Part shown: positions 1 through 10,308 of the stretch, piece after piece
Position numbering within the stretch: the first letter of the stretch is position 1
How the letters are laid out: each line of letters starts with the position of its first letter
DNA from: an uncultured delta proteobacterium
GTDB taxonomy: Bacteria; Desulfobacterota; Desulfomonilia; UBA1062
DNA length: 64,000 nt
Reading direction: 5' to 3'
Assembly (NCBI GenBank): GCA_963785235.1
Contig: CAWAUM010000013.1
Span: 64,001 to 128,000 of the forward strand
Position numbers and translations under genes: made by a program
Notes under the pieces: model-generated
Database searches by the model: none
Seen by the model: the letters and a program-made list of their open reading frames with translations, nothing else
Told to the model about the DNA's origin: nothing

Positions 1-3000
1 GGCTCGATCAGCTGCTTTGAGAACTTCTTTGATTTCTCTCTTTGCCTTCTGAGGTTCTGATACATCTTCTATAGCAAGCTCGGAATATCCGATGATAGCT
101 GAGAGGATATTATTGAAGTCATGTGCAATACCCCCTGCCAGCGTACCTATTGATTCCATTTTTTGAGCCTGTGTAAGTTGAGCTTCCAGCCTGTCTTTTT
201 CTTTTTCAGCCCGTTTGCGTTCTGTGATGTCCTGGATTACGCCCATAGCACCAACAACCTTACCACTAGAGTCCCGCAACGGCTCCGTTGAAACATTTAC
301 GTAGATAGCCCGACCATCCTTAGTCTGCCTCATGACCTCGCTATTACTGTATCCAGAACCTGATAACACTTTGGAAATAAGGGCCTTGAACTCACCCCAC
401 TTCTCTTCAGGTACGATGGGATTGTACTGGCCAATTGCCTCTTTTTTACTCCACCCAAAAATGCGTTCAGCAGCAGGGCTCCAGCTCGTGACTCTCAAAT
501 CATGATCAAGGGTGAAAATCGCCAGAGGTGAAGCATCAATGATTGCTTGCAGCGCCTGGTTTGTTTTTTGGAGATCTTCCTCCGCTCTCCTGCGGTCGGT
601 AATATCGACAAAGGTAACTACAATCTGCGCCAGTTCATTATTCTCATCTGAAACCGGAAATGCGCTCACTAAAACCCAAACATCTTCCTTTTTGGTGGAA
701 CGATGTACTCCCATGACAGCGTTCCAAAAAGGCTTCCTTGTAGCCAGTACTCTCATGACCGGGTATTCTTCCAGAGGCATGGCGGTTCCATTCTCCAGGA
801 AAAAATGCCAGTCCGGGTCGATTACCTGTTTTCCAAGGATCTGCTCCTCTGTAAGGCCGAGAAGCTCCTGTGCCTGTCGATTGCACGTCTGTATTTGTGT
901 ATCAACCCCATGCACGACAACTGCAGCCTGAATATTCTGAATCAGCTCACGATACTTTTTCTCGCTGCTACGCAGTGCTTCCTCTGCGTGCTTGCGCTCG
1001 GTGATATCTCGAGTTACGCCCATGATGCCTGAGGGCTCGCCATTCTTATTATAGACGATGTTCATGGTTGCCTCTGTCCAGACGGTGGAGCCATCCTTAC
1101 GGATCATCTCGAGTTCAGAGGTGAATGACCAATTGGGTCCGTGACGATGCCCACTTAACTCCAGAGTTAATTCTCTATCGAGAATAGTTTTGGCCTTCTG
1201 ATAGGATTCTGGTGTCAGGATCTGATCCATGGTCTGTTTCAATGCCTCTTCTGCGGTGTATCCTCTAAGTTGCTGCACAGACGGGGTCACGAAGGTGTAG
1301 CCCAGATTTATGTCAAAGAACCAAATAACATCACGAACATTCTCTCCAAGGATGCGGTATTTCTCCTCACTCTTTCGTAGTGCCTCCTCAGCGAGTTTCC
1401 GCTCGGTAATGTCAGTATTGGTTCCCTCAAAATACAGGATGTTCCCTTGTGTATCATGGACCACATGGACATTGATGGAAATCCAGAACCTGGTCCTGTC
1501 CCTTCGGAATATCTCCACCTCATACCCTTCCACCTTATCGTATTCACGGAGCAGGCGCACCATCTCCTGGCGGTCTGCTGGATTTACGTAGAGCTCCTGG
1601 CCGATATCCTTTACAGAATCGATCATCTCCTGTGGCGAACCGAATCCAGACATCCGCGCAAAGGCAGGGTTCACACTCAGATACCTGCCCTCTGGTGTAC
1701 TCTGGTAGATACCTTCGGTCGCGTTCTCAAAGATCGCCCGATACTTTTCCTCGCTTTCAGCAAGCGCCTCTTCTGCCCTGCGCTTGTCCGTAATATCCCG
1801 GATGCACTCGATTGCCCCGATGACTTGCCCTGAGAAATCATATATGGGATGCGCCCACCCTGAAAGGAATCGTTTCTCCCCCTTGACCACCGGCACATCG
1901 GTTTCACCGATGAGGAGATCGCCTTTGCGCATGATGTTGTAATATATCTTCTCGACTTCTTCCTTGGGCATGAGTACGAGATCGATAAGAATCGGCCGTC
2001 TTTCACCATAGAAGGGGATAGCATACTCATAATCACCCTTTCCGATCATGTCACTGGGGCTGTAACCAGTCATGTTCTCTATGGCCTTGTTCCAAGCAGT
2101 TATCCTGCCCTGTTTGTCAATGACCAGGGTTGCATCGGGAAGGAACTCAATGATATCAGATAGATGTCGCTCTGATTCTCTTAGCGCCTCTTCTGCTTGC
2201 CTACGCTCGGTTATATCTTCAAATGTAGTATATACCTGGTAGGGCTTATCTTCTCCTGGCTGGAATTGTGGTACTGCATCAATTTCAATCCATTTATACG
2301 TCACTTCCTGCTGATTTTTAATTCCCATGATTGAATTTAATACAGGCTTACCAGTCTGCATTACGATCATAGCCGGGTGTGTTTCACCGGGATATGGTGA
2401 TCCATCTTCATGAATAGCTTCCCAGTTGGGATCAAGAGAGGTATTTCCCTTCAATTGATCTAGATTACATCTAAGAATACGTTCCGCAGCAGGGTTTGCA
2501 TCGATGATCCGACCATCAGAAACCTGATAAACAACACCTTGTACCATTGATTCAAACAGATGACGGTGTTTTTTTTCACTTTCTCGCAAGGATATTTCAC
2601 GTGCATTGAGAACCATATGGGACTTTTGTAAGTAGACATAAAATATTAACAGAAACACCAGTAAGAATGTCAGGGACATGGGTAGGGCTGCATCGGAGAT
2701 CACATCCCATTTCCAGTCAGCTGCTTCGACATCCATCCCAATAACCAAGATCGCTTTTCCTGTGATAGGATCAATCACTGGTGAGAAAGCACTGACAAAG
2801 GTCCCATATTCATCTCTATAAGGACCTACAGTTATTGCTTTACAAGTTAGAAAAACTGATCTTAGTTTTTCAGGTGGATTTTTGTATATAGTTCCTGGTG
2901 GAGAAGCATCCGGATCATTTACTTGGAGATTTTCAGGACCAAAAATTATAGTACTACCTTTCTGAACCACACTATACAGGCTGCGGCAGCCTATATCTTT

Positions 3001-3243
3001 TGCTAACTTTTTCATCCAATCTTCCAGTTTCATAAAGCTAGGATTGGTACGATCGTTCAGGGTAAAAGAGAGGGCTTTTACGTCATTTTGATCCACACTG
3101 TCCGCTATAATCTGAATACGGAGAAGAAGATTTTCACGGAGTTGTCTGTCACTTCTTTTGGCTATCCACGATGAAAATAAGATTCCAGACATGGCTATTA
3201 CTATTACTAAGACCCATACCCATCCTTTTCTAAAGGAAGTCAT
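1..3243 (-). CDS. Membrane-bound multi-PAS sensor histidine kinase (3' end outside window; absent from ORF track)
   Basis: Manual translation from ATG at 3243 (GGAGG RBS) gives two TM segments around a periplasmic domain. About six PAS/PAC repeats follow (ending DITER/DITDK/DITDR), then the H-box QAQKMESIGTLAGGIAHDFNN near 100-170. Confidence 0.9.
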   Translation of the reverse strand, partial: MTSFRKGWVWVLVIVIAMSGILFSSWIAKRSDRQLRENLLLRIQIIADSVDQNDVKALSFTLNDRTNPSFMKLEDWMKKLAKDIGCRSLYSVVQKGSTIIFGPENLQVNDPDASPPGTIYKNPPEKLRSVFLTCKAITVGPYRDEYGTFVSAFSPVIDPITGKAILVIGMDVEAADWKWDVISDAALPMSLTFLLVFLLIFYVYLQKSHMVLNAREISLRESEKKHRHLFESMVQGVVYQVSDGRIIDANPAAERILRCNLDQLKGNTSLDPNWEAIHEDGSPYPGETHPAMIVMQTGKPVLNSIMGIKNQQEVTYKWIEIDAVPQFQPGEDKPYQVYTTFEDITERRQAEEALRESERHLSDIIEFLPDATLVIDKQGRITAWNKAIENMTGYSPSDMIGKGDYEYAIPFYGERRPILIDLVLMPKEEVEKIYYNIMRKGDLLIGETDVPVVKGEKRFLSGWAHPIYDFSGQVIGAIECIRDITDKRRAEEALAESEEKYRAIFENATEGIYQSTPEGRYLSVNPAFARMSGFGSPQEMIDSVKDIGQELYVNPADRQEMVRLLREYDKVEGYEVEIFRRDRTRFWISINVHVVHDTQGNILYFEGTNTDITERKLAEEALRKSEEKYRILGENVRDVIWFFDINLGYTFVTPSVQQLRGYTAEEALKQTMDQILTPESYQKAKTILDRELTLELSGHRHGPNWSFTSELEMIRKDGSTVWTEATMNIVYNKNGEPSGIMGVTRDITERKHAEEALRSSEKKYRELIQNIQAAVVVHGVDTQIQTCNRQAQELLGLTEEQILGKQVIDPDWHFFLENGTAMPLEEYPVMRVLATRKPFWNAVMGVHRSTKKEDVWVLVSAFPVSDENNELAQIVVTFVDITDRRRAEEDLQKTNQALQAIIDASPLAIFTLDHDLRVTSWSPAAERIFGWSKKEAIGQYNPIVPEEKWGEFKALISKVLSGSGYSNSEVMRQTKDGRAIYVNVSTEPLRDSSGKVVGAMGVIQDITERKRAEKEKDRLEAQLTQAQKMESIGTLAGGIAHDFNNILSAIIGYSELAIEDVSEPQKAKREIKEVLKAADRA

Positions 3244-3484
3244 TTGGTAACCCTCCTATGAAACATAGGTGGTAAATTTTATAAAGGCACAACATCTAAA
3301 TAATATACATTCGGTTGTATCTTGGAAGTACTACTTATTGGAGTCAAAAAAAGAGTAAAACCGATTCATATAAATTCATTATAACTAACACTATGGATAT
3401 TAACAAGTATGGTTAAGAAATTACTTCGAACATATGTTTTCTAATCTATGGTATCCAGGCTACTAGTTCAGATCGCCGGGTTTC

Positions 3485-3560
3485 GCATGTTATCAACGCT
3501 TTTCCATGCCCCGCTTTTTCGATGATTATCAGAATAAATCTAGGCTCTGGAATAACCATT
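3485..3560 (+). repeat. 76-bp degenerate direct repeat, copy 1
   Basis: Ungapped alignment with 4375-4450 gives 57/76 identical by hand count, core CTTTTTCGATGATTAT. Confidence 0.8.
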
Positions 3561-3586
3561 GGTCTGAACGAACCCTATCATTGCTA

Positions 3587-3856
3587 TCAGGCAAACAAGT
3601 CTGCATGTGTCCCTGTCCGCTCAAAGAAAATCCGGTCTCCTTCTATTTTGTAAATGAGTAACCAATCAGGCTCGATGTGACATTCCCACCTGTATTGGTA
3701 GTTCCCTCTGAGCTTATGATTCCTATAACGGGGATTCAGATTTTCTTGATTGATCAGGGCTCTTAGCACTTCTTTGATCTTGCCGAGATCGTTCCCTCTT
3801 TTCTTTGCCCTGGTAAGGTCCTTCTCAAATTTTTTCGTGTAAACAGGTGTGAGCAT
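3587..3856 (-). CDS. yafQ: Type II toxin, YafQ/RelE family mRNA interferase
   Basis: Motifs HKLRGNY..WECHIEPDWLLIY and RTGTHADLF; 89 aa; directly after the antitoxin. Confidence 0.95.
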   Translation of the reverse strand: MLTPVYTKKFEKDLTRAKKRGNDLGKIKEVLRALINQENLNPRYRNHKLRGNYQYRWECHIEPDWLLIYKIEGDRIFFERTGTHADLFA

Positions 3857-4114
3857 TTAAAGGCCTAGTTTTTTGAACATATCATCTGCATCTCTGCATT
3901 CAACAAGATTTTTGCCTTCATCAGTTTCTTGAAAGACCTTCTGAGTCTCCTCATTGGGAATCATCACATCAAAGGGGAGTCCCCTCCTTAAAGATATCTG
4001 GTGGAAGAACAAGCTGATAGCCTGGGTGGTGTTGAGGCCTAAATGGTTCAATATATCCTCTACGTCCTTCTTGAGCCTACTATCTATCCTTGCTCGCACT
4101 GATGAATCCTTCAT
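3857..4114 (-). CDS. dinJ: Type II antitoxin, DinJ/RelB family
   Basis: Motifs VRARID..LK..V..IL..LGL...QAI.LF..QI....GLPF and PNEET. Confidence 0.95.
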   Translation of the reverse strand: MKDSSVRARIDSRLKKDVEDILNHLGLNTTQAISLFFHQISLRRGLPFDVMIPNEETQKVFQETDEGKNLVECRDADDMFKKLGL

Positions 4115-4132
4115 AAAATACCTCTAAACATA

Positions 4133-4161
4133 TTTGTAGTCCTGATGTGCTACATTGTCAA
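4133..4161 (-). promoter_or_regulatory. sigma70 promoter of dinJ-yafQ with overlapping palindromic operator
   Basis: TTGACA-N17-TACAAA on the minus strand. A TGTAG-N10-CTACA inverted repeat (4135-4154) fits autorepression by an RHH antitoxin. Confidence 0.7.
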
Positions 4162-4203
4162 GGGCCTTAATCCCTCAGAAATGAGAAACCTGCATATAAT
4201 GAT

Positions 4204-4311
4204 TTACCTGCTCTTCATCACATCAATGACCTCCAAAGGTGCACCAGGCCTGATATACCTGTTCGTGGTCTGCAAAGACTTATGTCCGAGGGCTTTCTGT
4301 AGTATATCATA
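4204..4311 (-). pseudogene. C-terminal remnant of a tyrosine recombinase/integrase
   Basis: Translates to YDILQKALGHKSLQTTNRYIRPGAPLEVIDVMKSR*, showing box II LGH..L.TT.RY with the catalytic Tyr. No start codon; upstream in-frame stop at ~4348. Confidence 0.75.
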
Positions 4312-4374
4312 AAACTGATGATCTTGGGTTGAAACATATGAAGCCTCTCACAGCATACCAGACCGTCACAAATG

Positions 4375-4450
4375 GCATGAAATCTTTAGTTTTCATTACC
4401 CCACTTTTTCGATGATTATAAAAAGCAATCTATGCTCTGAAATCACGATT
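4375..4450 (+). repeat. 76-bp degenerate direct repeat, copy 2
   Basis: Matches 3485-3560, 890 bp away. Confidence 0.8.
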
Positions 4451-4461
4451 AACCTTGGGGC

Positions 4462-4520
4462 AGGGAGGCGGTAGAGATCTTCACATCCGCAAGGATGCAA
4501 AGATCCACCGCCTCCCTTTT
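4462..4520. terminator. Long stem-loop downstream of the lipoprotein gene
   Basis: AGGGAGGCGGT...ACCGCCTCCCT arms with inner GATCTT/AAGATC and CATCC-GCAA-GGATG pairing; TTTT follows on the + strand. Confidence 0.55.
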
Positions 4521-4523
4521 GTA

Positions 4524-6656
4524 TCAAAATAAATCGTCGAAGGTTGTGAGAATGGTGCTGTCTATGGTGCCGTTAGCATCCGTATCAACCTCAAGCTTGA
4601 CATTCCCGCCAGTGGAGACCGTCATTTTCACCTTACTGTCATCTTCAGCCGTGATCTCGGCGTTCCCAGTGCTTGGTCTTATGGGGTCTGTTCCCAAGAT
4701 AGGAGGTAACACAGAAAGCGAGAGGTTGCCGGGTATGCCGGAAACCCGGTAGATCATGGGGTTGCCGGTGGAGATGCTGTATGCCCCGGTCGACAGGTTT
4801 GTATTTGTTATATTCCAGAAGGTGCTTAATTGTATTACAACACCATCTCCTGTTATGGAGAGCGTGCCGTCAGGGGTGTTGGTTGCCCTATCTACCACCA
4901 ATGTCACCGAGTCCTCCCTGTGCAGCAGGAGATCTCCTGCAAACGAAGTCTCCAGATCTTCGTCATCCTTGACGGTTACATCGAGGTCAGACGCGGTGAG
5001 TTCAGCCGTGTAGGTTCCACCTGTGGCAAGGGTTCCAGTGCAGCTGGTGATCAGCGCGGTCATAGTGCCGGTCAATGTGATATTGGCGCCACCATAACTC
5101 GTGGCATAGTTGTTCATGGTGATTACATAGGGGCCTCCTGCAGGGATCAATGTCGGTGCAGGATTTATACTCAGACCGCCTGTGCCGTTGAGCGCAGGGT
5201 TGTCCCTCACCTTGATGAGGGTGTCCAGAGCGAATCCGCCGACCAGGGTGGACTGGTTGATGGCGTTTACGCTCCTGCCTGCAAGGGAAGCGGCATTGGC
5301 GGAGTTGATGGTGCCCAGGGTACCGGTTACGGTCATGGTATAATCATTCTCGCCCAGGCTGATGGTATCTCCCGAACTGTCCATCTTCGCAATCATGAAG
5401 GAGCCTGCTGCTGCACCTGCAATGGCAAACCCACCGTCCGATGCCGCCACGACAGAGCCTGCCGATTCGAAGCTGCTTGGGGCCCGGCCTTTCACCTTCT
5501 GCCAGAGAGGATTTCCTGATGAATCGAGCTTGATGAGGTATACCTCGCTCGCTGGATTAGAGCCCAGGGGATCGTATGAATCCGTCGCCCCGGCGATGAT
5601 GTATCCCCCGTCGGAACAGAGGTCCACATCTCCGCCGGCATCGCCCGTGCTGGCTACACCGAACGACCTTTTCCAGTCCACAGTGCCCTGGGCGTTCACC
5701 TTGATCACCAGGACATCATTATATCGGAAATCATTATACGAGTCAGAGAAGGTGTTGCCCACCAGTATGAAGCCGCCATCCGGGGTTGTCTTCACCGAAG
5801 TGGCAGCCCCACCACCGAAATACTTTGGCCATCCCTGGAGGGATTCTCCATCGGCATCTATCCGGTTGACCCACACTTCATCGTCCGGATTGCCTTCCGT
5901 GCCGGCGATGATGAACCCCTGGCTGTCGTCCGGGACGATGGACGTGGCAACATCAGTGCCGAACTTCTTCGCTGCATAAGTCTTTTCCCATTGCAGAACG
6001 CCGTCCCGGTTGATCTTTGCGGCATAGAAATTCTGGTCGTTCCCCTCCTTGTTCATGGCATTACCCACGAACAGGAACCCGTCCGGATTGCCTGACCCGT
6101 CCTTGCTCTCGCACACCGAGGTAGCTCCACCCGAATATGAAACCTTATAATCCCACTTGGGCCATCCGGGAAGGGCCTCGCCATCTGCATTCATCCTCAG
6201 GACCAGAAACGTGCCGGGGTCGCTTTTATTGGTTACGCTCCGGTGCACGCCCCCTGCGACATATCCCCCGTCAGAGGTCCTCCGTATGCAATTGAGGATG
6301 ATAGTGTTGCCGGTGTCGTCATACTCCTTTTCCCAGAGGATCTTCCCTTTGCTGTCGACTCTGACCACTGCCCCCGTGGCAGCATTGGAGCCGTCGGCCT
6401 GCCTGAAGCCCGCGGCGATAAACCCGTGGTCAGAGGTTTCCAGGATCGACGCGGCGCCGCTGTACGCATTGCCCCCGAGCCTTGTCCAGAATATGGGGAT
6501 GCTGTTTTCTCCAGTGCCCGGGGATCCCCACTGATCCGGTTCCGTGTCCTCATCCACTCCGCCACCACCACCTCCTCCGCCGCACCCGGCAAGGATCAGG
6601 GCAAGGAGAAAGGTGGCAGCAAGAAGCACGATTCTGCCTGTACAGATTTTGTACAT
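4524..6656 (-). CDS. Lipoprotein with beta-propeller-type repeats and a C-terminal beta-rich domain
   Basis: Lipobox LAGC then a poly-Gly linker; about seven repeats of the form W.K..GG...A.S....DGG.I.AG. Confidence 0.8.
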   Translation of the reverse strand: MYKICTGRIVLLAATFLLALILAGCGGGGGGGGVDEDTEPDQWGSPGTGENSIPIFWTRLGGNAYSGAASILETSDHGFIAAGFRQADGSNAATGAVVRVDSKGKILWEKEYDDTGNTIILNCIRRTSDGGYVAGGVHRSVTNKSDPGTFLVLRMNADGEALPGWPKWDYKVSYSGGATSVCESKDGSGNPDGFLFVGNAMNKEGNDQNFYAAKINRDGVLQWEKTYAAKKFGTDVATSIVPDDSQGFIIAGTEGNPDDEVWVNRIDADGESLQGWPKYFGGGAATSVKTTPDGGFILVGNTFSDSYNDFRYNDVLVIKVNAQGTVDWKRSFGVASTGDAGGDVDLCSDGGYIIAGATDSYDPLGSNPASEVYLIKLDSSGNPLWQKVKGRAPSSFESAGSVVAASDGGFAIAGAAAGSFMIAKMDSSGDTISLGENDYTMTVTGTLGTINSANAASLAGRSVNAINQSTLVGGFALDTLIKVRDNPALNGTGGLSINPAPTLIPAGGPYVITMNNYATSYGGANITLTGTMTALITSCTGTLATGGTYTAELTASDLDVTVKDDEDLETSFAGDLLLHREDSVTLVVDRATNTPDGTLSITGDGVVIQLSTFWNITNTNLSTGAYSISTGNPMIYRVSGIPGNLSLSVLPPILGTDPIRPSTGNAEITAEDDSKVKMTVSTGGNVKLEVDTDANGTIDSTILTTFDDLF

Positions 6657-6954
6657 AACTTATCCTCCTGAATAATATGATGCGGGGGTCAAAGATGTGT
6701 CAGCTTTGCCAGTAACAGTTTATCTGGTCAAGCACAGCATCTTAATTATACAAGCAATCTAGGTGATCGTAAATACATATTATAAAATGACTATTTAAAA
6801 AGTGATCTATATTTTGGAAGAGGCATTGGCCCTGTACGAAATCTATTGTCTTGAGAAAAAAAGCCGTTGAGTGCTCCGGCGAAAGAGAAAACATTCTTCA
6901 CCAACCTCCTTTACTCGTGTATAATTGCTTAACTTTAAAAAGGAGAATGGACAA

Positions 6955-7614
6955 ATGAAGAAAAGTATAGTGTGGGCCGGGTGTTATATGCTGATATTAG
7001 CCGGCCTTTTAGCTTGCGGGACAAACAAGGGAGGTGTCGATGAAGACACGGGCAAAGTTAATCCACCTAATAACGTGCAAACATACGAGGTGACCTCATT
7101 TGATACTTGGACCATGACATCGACAGAAGGTGATAGTGCTTCACTTATGTTTTCTCATACCAGTGAAGTATTATCGTGGGCTGATTATGTTTATAATTCA
7201 GGCAGCATTGATATGACCATGTTGATATGGGCGAGAGTACTCCTGCAGTATCCTATTACAGAAGATGACACCTGGTTCGAGTCTGGAGGTTCCAACAACT
7301 TCACTCTCGACTCCACGATCGTGGTCGAAGATACCGATGCGCAGGTGGAAGTGCAGGCCGGTACGTTTACCTCCTGTGTGGTGACATCAGAGACCACCAG
7401 TGTCGATCCGGCATACAACAACGGCAAATATATTGAAGTACGAAAAAGATATTTCGCACCTGCCGTGGGGTTGGTAAGAGTAGAGGATACGTGGCATACA
7501 GGAGAAGTTACAACGGGTGAATTGATTGATTTTGAGGTTCATGATCCTGATCCGGATGATTATTTCCCCCTTGCGATAGGCGACTGGTGGAAATTCGAGT
7601 GGACGTCAAATTAG
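6955..7614 (+). CDS. Hypothetical lipoprotein
   Basis: AGGAG RBS before ATG 6955; lipobox LLAC; motifs AGTF..C, YFAPAVGLVR and DYFPLAIGDWW. Confidence 0.75.
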   Translation: MKKSIVWAGCYMLILAGLLACGTNKGGVDEDTGKVNPPNNVQTYEVTSFDTWTMTSTEGDSASLMFSHTSEVLSWADYVYNSGSIDMTMLIWARVLLQYPITEDDTWFESGGSNNFTLDSTIVVEDTDAQVEVQAGTFTSCVVTSETTSVDPAYNNGKYIEVRKRYFAPAVGLVRVEDTWHTGEVTTGELIDFEVHDPDPDDYFPLAIGDWWKFEWTSN

Positions 7615-7843
7615 GAAGACTTACCTCTTTATGATAAAACCTTATCACTGAACATCCAGATATCAACAACTTCAAAAAATCAGAGCATCCTTCAATACAC
7701 GAAACCCTTATTCAACAGATTCCAATAAAATCATTACTTTCATTGGCCCCGAGAAACTGAATAGTTCGTGATAATCAGCGCTCTCAGCTTGTTTCCTGAA
7801 TACCTTAGATTCAAATCCAAGATGTTCAGACTTCTTCAAGGCC

Positions 7844-10100
7844 TCATTCCCCAAATGGAAATATGTGCTTAAGGGCCTTCCATAAACCGGGCATACCTTC
7901 CTCTGAGGCCTCTTTCGGCTCGGTACCTTTCATATAAGGCAGCGTGACCGGGGAGTCTGTCCAGCTTGTGGCTCGTTTGCCGTTTATGGAATCAATAGCG
8001 CATAAGGTCACATCATCGGGTACGTCCCATGGTTTGGGCACGGCAAGTCGGGCAACAATCCTGGCGGCAAAAGGCATGGCCCCTGTTGCACCCGTATAGC
8101 CGATAGCCCTGAAGGCATCATCCCCGAGCCAGGTAATGACCACCATGTCTTTCGTATAGGCGGCAAACCATGAATCTCTCATCTCATTGGTGGTTCCTGT
8201 CTTGGCGCACATCCCGTCAGGCATACCAAAAGTCTTGGCCGACTTTGCCGTACCACTGCGGATTGTCTCCTGAAGTGCTGTGTTGATAAGATATGTGGGC
8301 CCGGGGTCGAGAACCCTCTGGGGTTGCTTGTGAGCTGACCGCCAGAACACGGCCCCATGTTCGTCTACAATAGCCTCCAGACTCCATGACTCAACCCTTA
8401 AACCCCCGGTGGCAAAGACCGAATACATACCTGCAACATCAAGGGGCGAACAATCAATGGCTCCAAGCAACAGTGCCGGCTGCTTGAGCACGGTTGAACG
8501 CGGAAGCACATTCTTCACCTCAGGAACAATGCTCTCAAGTCCCACAGCGAGCCCGAGCCGGACAGTAGCCAGATTGTAGGACTGGGCCAGGGCATTCAAG
8601 AGCAAGATGTTGCCGTGACTTACCTTGTCAAAATTCATTGGCGCCCAGATGTTCATTATCTCGAGCTTTATTGTCAGGGGGCTGTCATCCAGGATGCTCG
8701 ACAGTGAGTAGCCGCCCTTGAGGGCAGAGTAATAGATAATGGGTTTAATGAGAGATCCGATACTTCGTCTGATGGAGGTGACCCTGTTGAACTGGGATGT
8801 TCCATAGTCCCTGCCGCCCACCATGGCCTTTATTGCGCCGGTTGCAGGATTGACAATGACCGAGGCAACCTGGATGTTCTTTGCAAGTGATGCTGTTCCA
8901 CTTTCCAAGACGTCTTCCATGATCCTTTGCATATTCATGTCAAGGGTCGTGAAGATACGTAATCCGCCTTTTGTGAGAAATTCCTCTTCAGGATAGAGCG
9001 CCCGGGCCGAAGACAGGACATGATCGATAAAGAACGGGGCCTGCCTTGCAGGTTTGATGAAGGAGACTACGCTTAAGGGTTTGTGCACTGCCTGGTCGTA
9101 TTGGGCTGATGTGATCTTGCCTTGCTCTCTCATAACGGCCAGGACCGTATTTCTCCTCGCCATCGCCATCTTCGGATGCGTATATGGGGAGTAGATGTTC
9201 GGCGCACGAATGAGGCCCACGAGCAAGGCTGATTCATGCAGGGCAAGATCAGTGAGATCCTTATCGAAGAAGAGCTTTGAGGCCCTGCCGAACCCATAGA
9301 TGCCTGCAGGACCGAAGCGCCCAAGGTAGATCTCGTTCATGTACATGGTGAGGATCTCATCCTTGGTAAAGACAATCTCCATGATGGAAGACAGCCATAT
9401 CTCCTTGAGCTTCCGGCTCAATGTCCTCTCATGCGTAAGGAACAGGTTCTTCACGAGCTGCTGGGTTATGGTGGAGCCGCCCTCAACCACCTGGGCGTGG
9501 AACACATCCGCAAGCAGCGCCCTTAACATGGACCTTATATCGATGCCTGAGTGTTCGTAAAACCTTCTGTCTTCAACGCACAAGAGGGCATTAATCAATT
9601 GCTCCGGGCAATCCTACGTTTGATGAGCTCTCTGTCCTCAAACCCGGCATCGTAAACGGTTGCAATGCATTCAGGCTCCACACCGGGCCGATGCAATTTC
9701 CTGGCGGTTTTTTTCAGAGATGATCGTCTTTATCTGATTTCCATCCAGGAACACCCTTACCTTTCGAGCCTACCTGGACACCATCCGGATATTCGAATGG
9801 ATGGAGATAGATGATGATGCCATCTTTGAATAGATGATACTGGCCCGGCGATGCCACGGTGGAAGAACTGCGGTATCCCAGATGTGCAAGCCTGGATATC
9901 AGGCCCGTTCGTCTGATGTCCAGCCCTGGGGCAAGATCAAAGGGAGCGCTGTAGATCCTGGTGGGCAGATGCCAAAGGGACCCGGTGTTGATCTTCATCA
10001 TCTCCCGATAGACGTTGACCGTTACTACTGCCCCATAAAGAATACAGAAAAATCCCAGTGCAAGGATTATCGACAGGGCAATTTTTTTTGTGCGTTTCAC
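7844..10100 (-). CDS. mrcB: Class A penicillin-binding protein (PBP1b-like), split by ~3 frameshifts between 9600 and 9780
   Basis: TM plus UB2H-like N-terminus; glycosyltransferase motifs EDRRFYEH and GGSTITQQLVKN; transpeptidase motifs SLIK, SYN and KTG. Confidence 0.85.
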
Positions 10101-10209
10101 AGCCTAACTTCTATAGGCTCAGCGCTATTATGGTGTCAATGCTGCGGGATGAAGGCGAGAAAACCTAGCACACCTATAAATGGCCTTGGTTAAGCTCGGA
10201 AAAACCTGA

Positions 10210-10258
10210 CCTGTTGAAAGTATGCATCCAGCAAAGCTGAATGCATACTTTCAACAGG
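10210..10258. repeat. Near-perfect palindrome (18-bp perfect arms)
   Basis: CCTGTTGAAAGTATGCAT-cCAGCaaaGCTGa-ATGCATACTTTCAACAGG. Confidence 0.85.
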
Positions 10259-10308
10259 CTAATTTTTTTGCTTAGGGAAATTCAAAAGGTGATCTGATCA
10301 AACAACCT

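Noticed and set aside
512-2036. Short ORFs listed in the first 2 kb
   Set aside because: They are alternative frames of the large minus-strand kinase that runs off the window.
3485-7800. Integron cassette array
   Set aside because: There are no attC core sites or intI, and the genes have their own promoters and mixed orientation. The partial repeat similarity near 7750-7785 is too weak.
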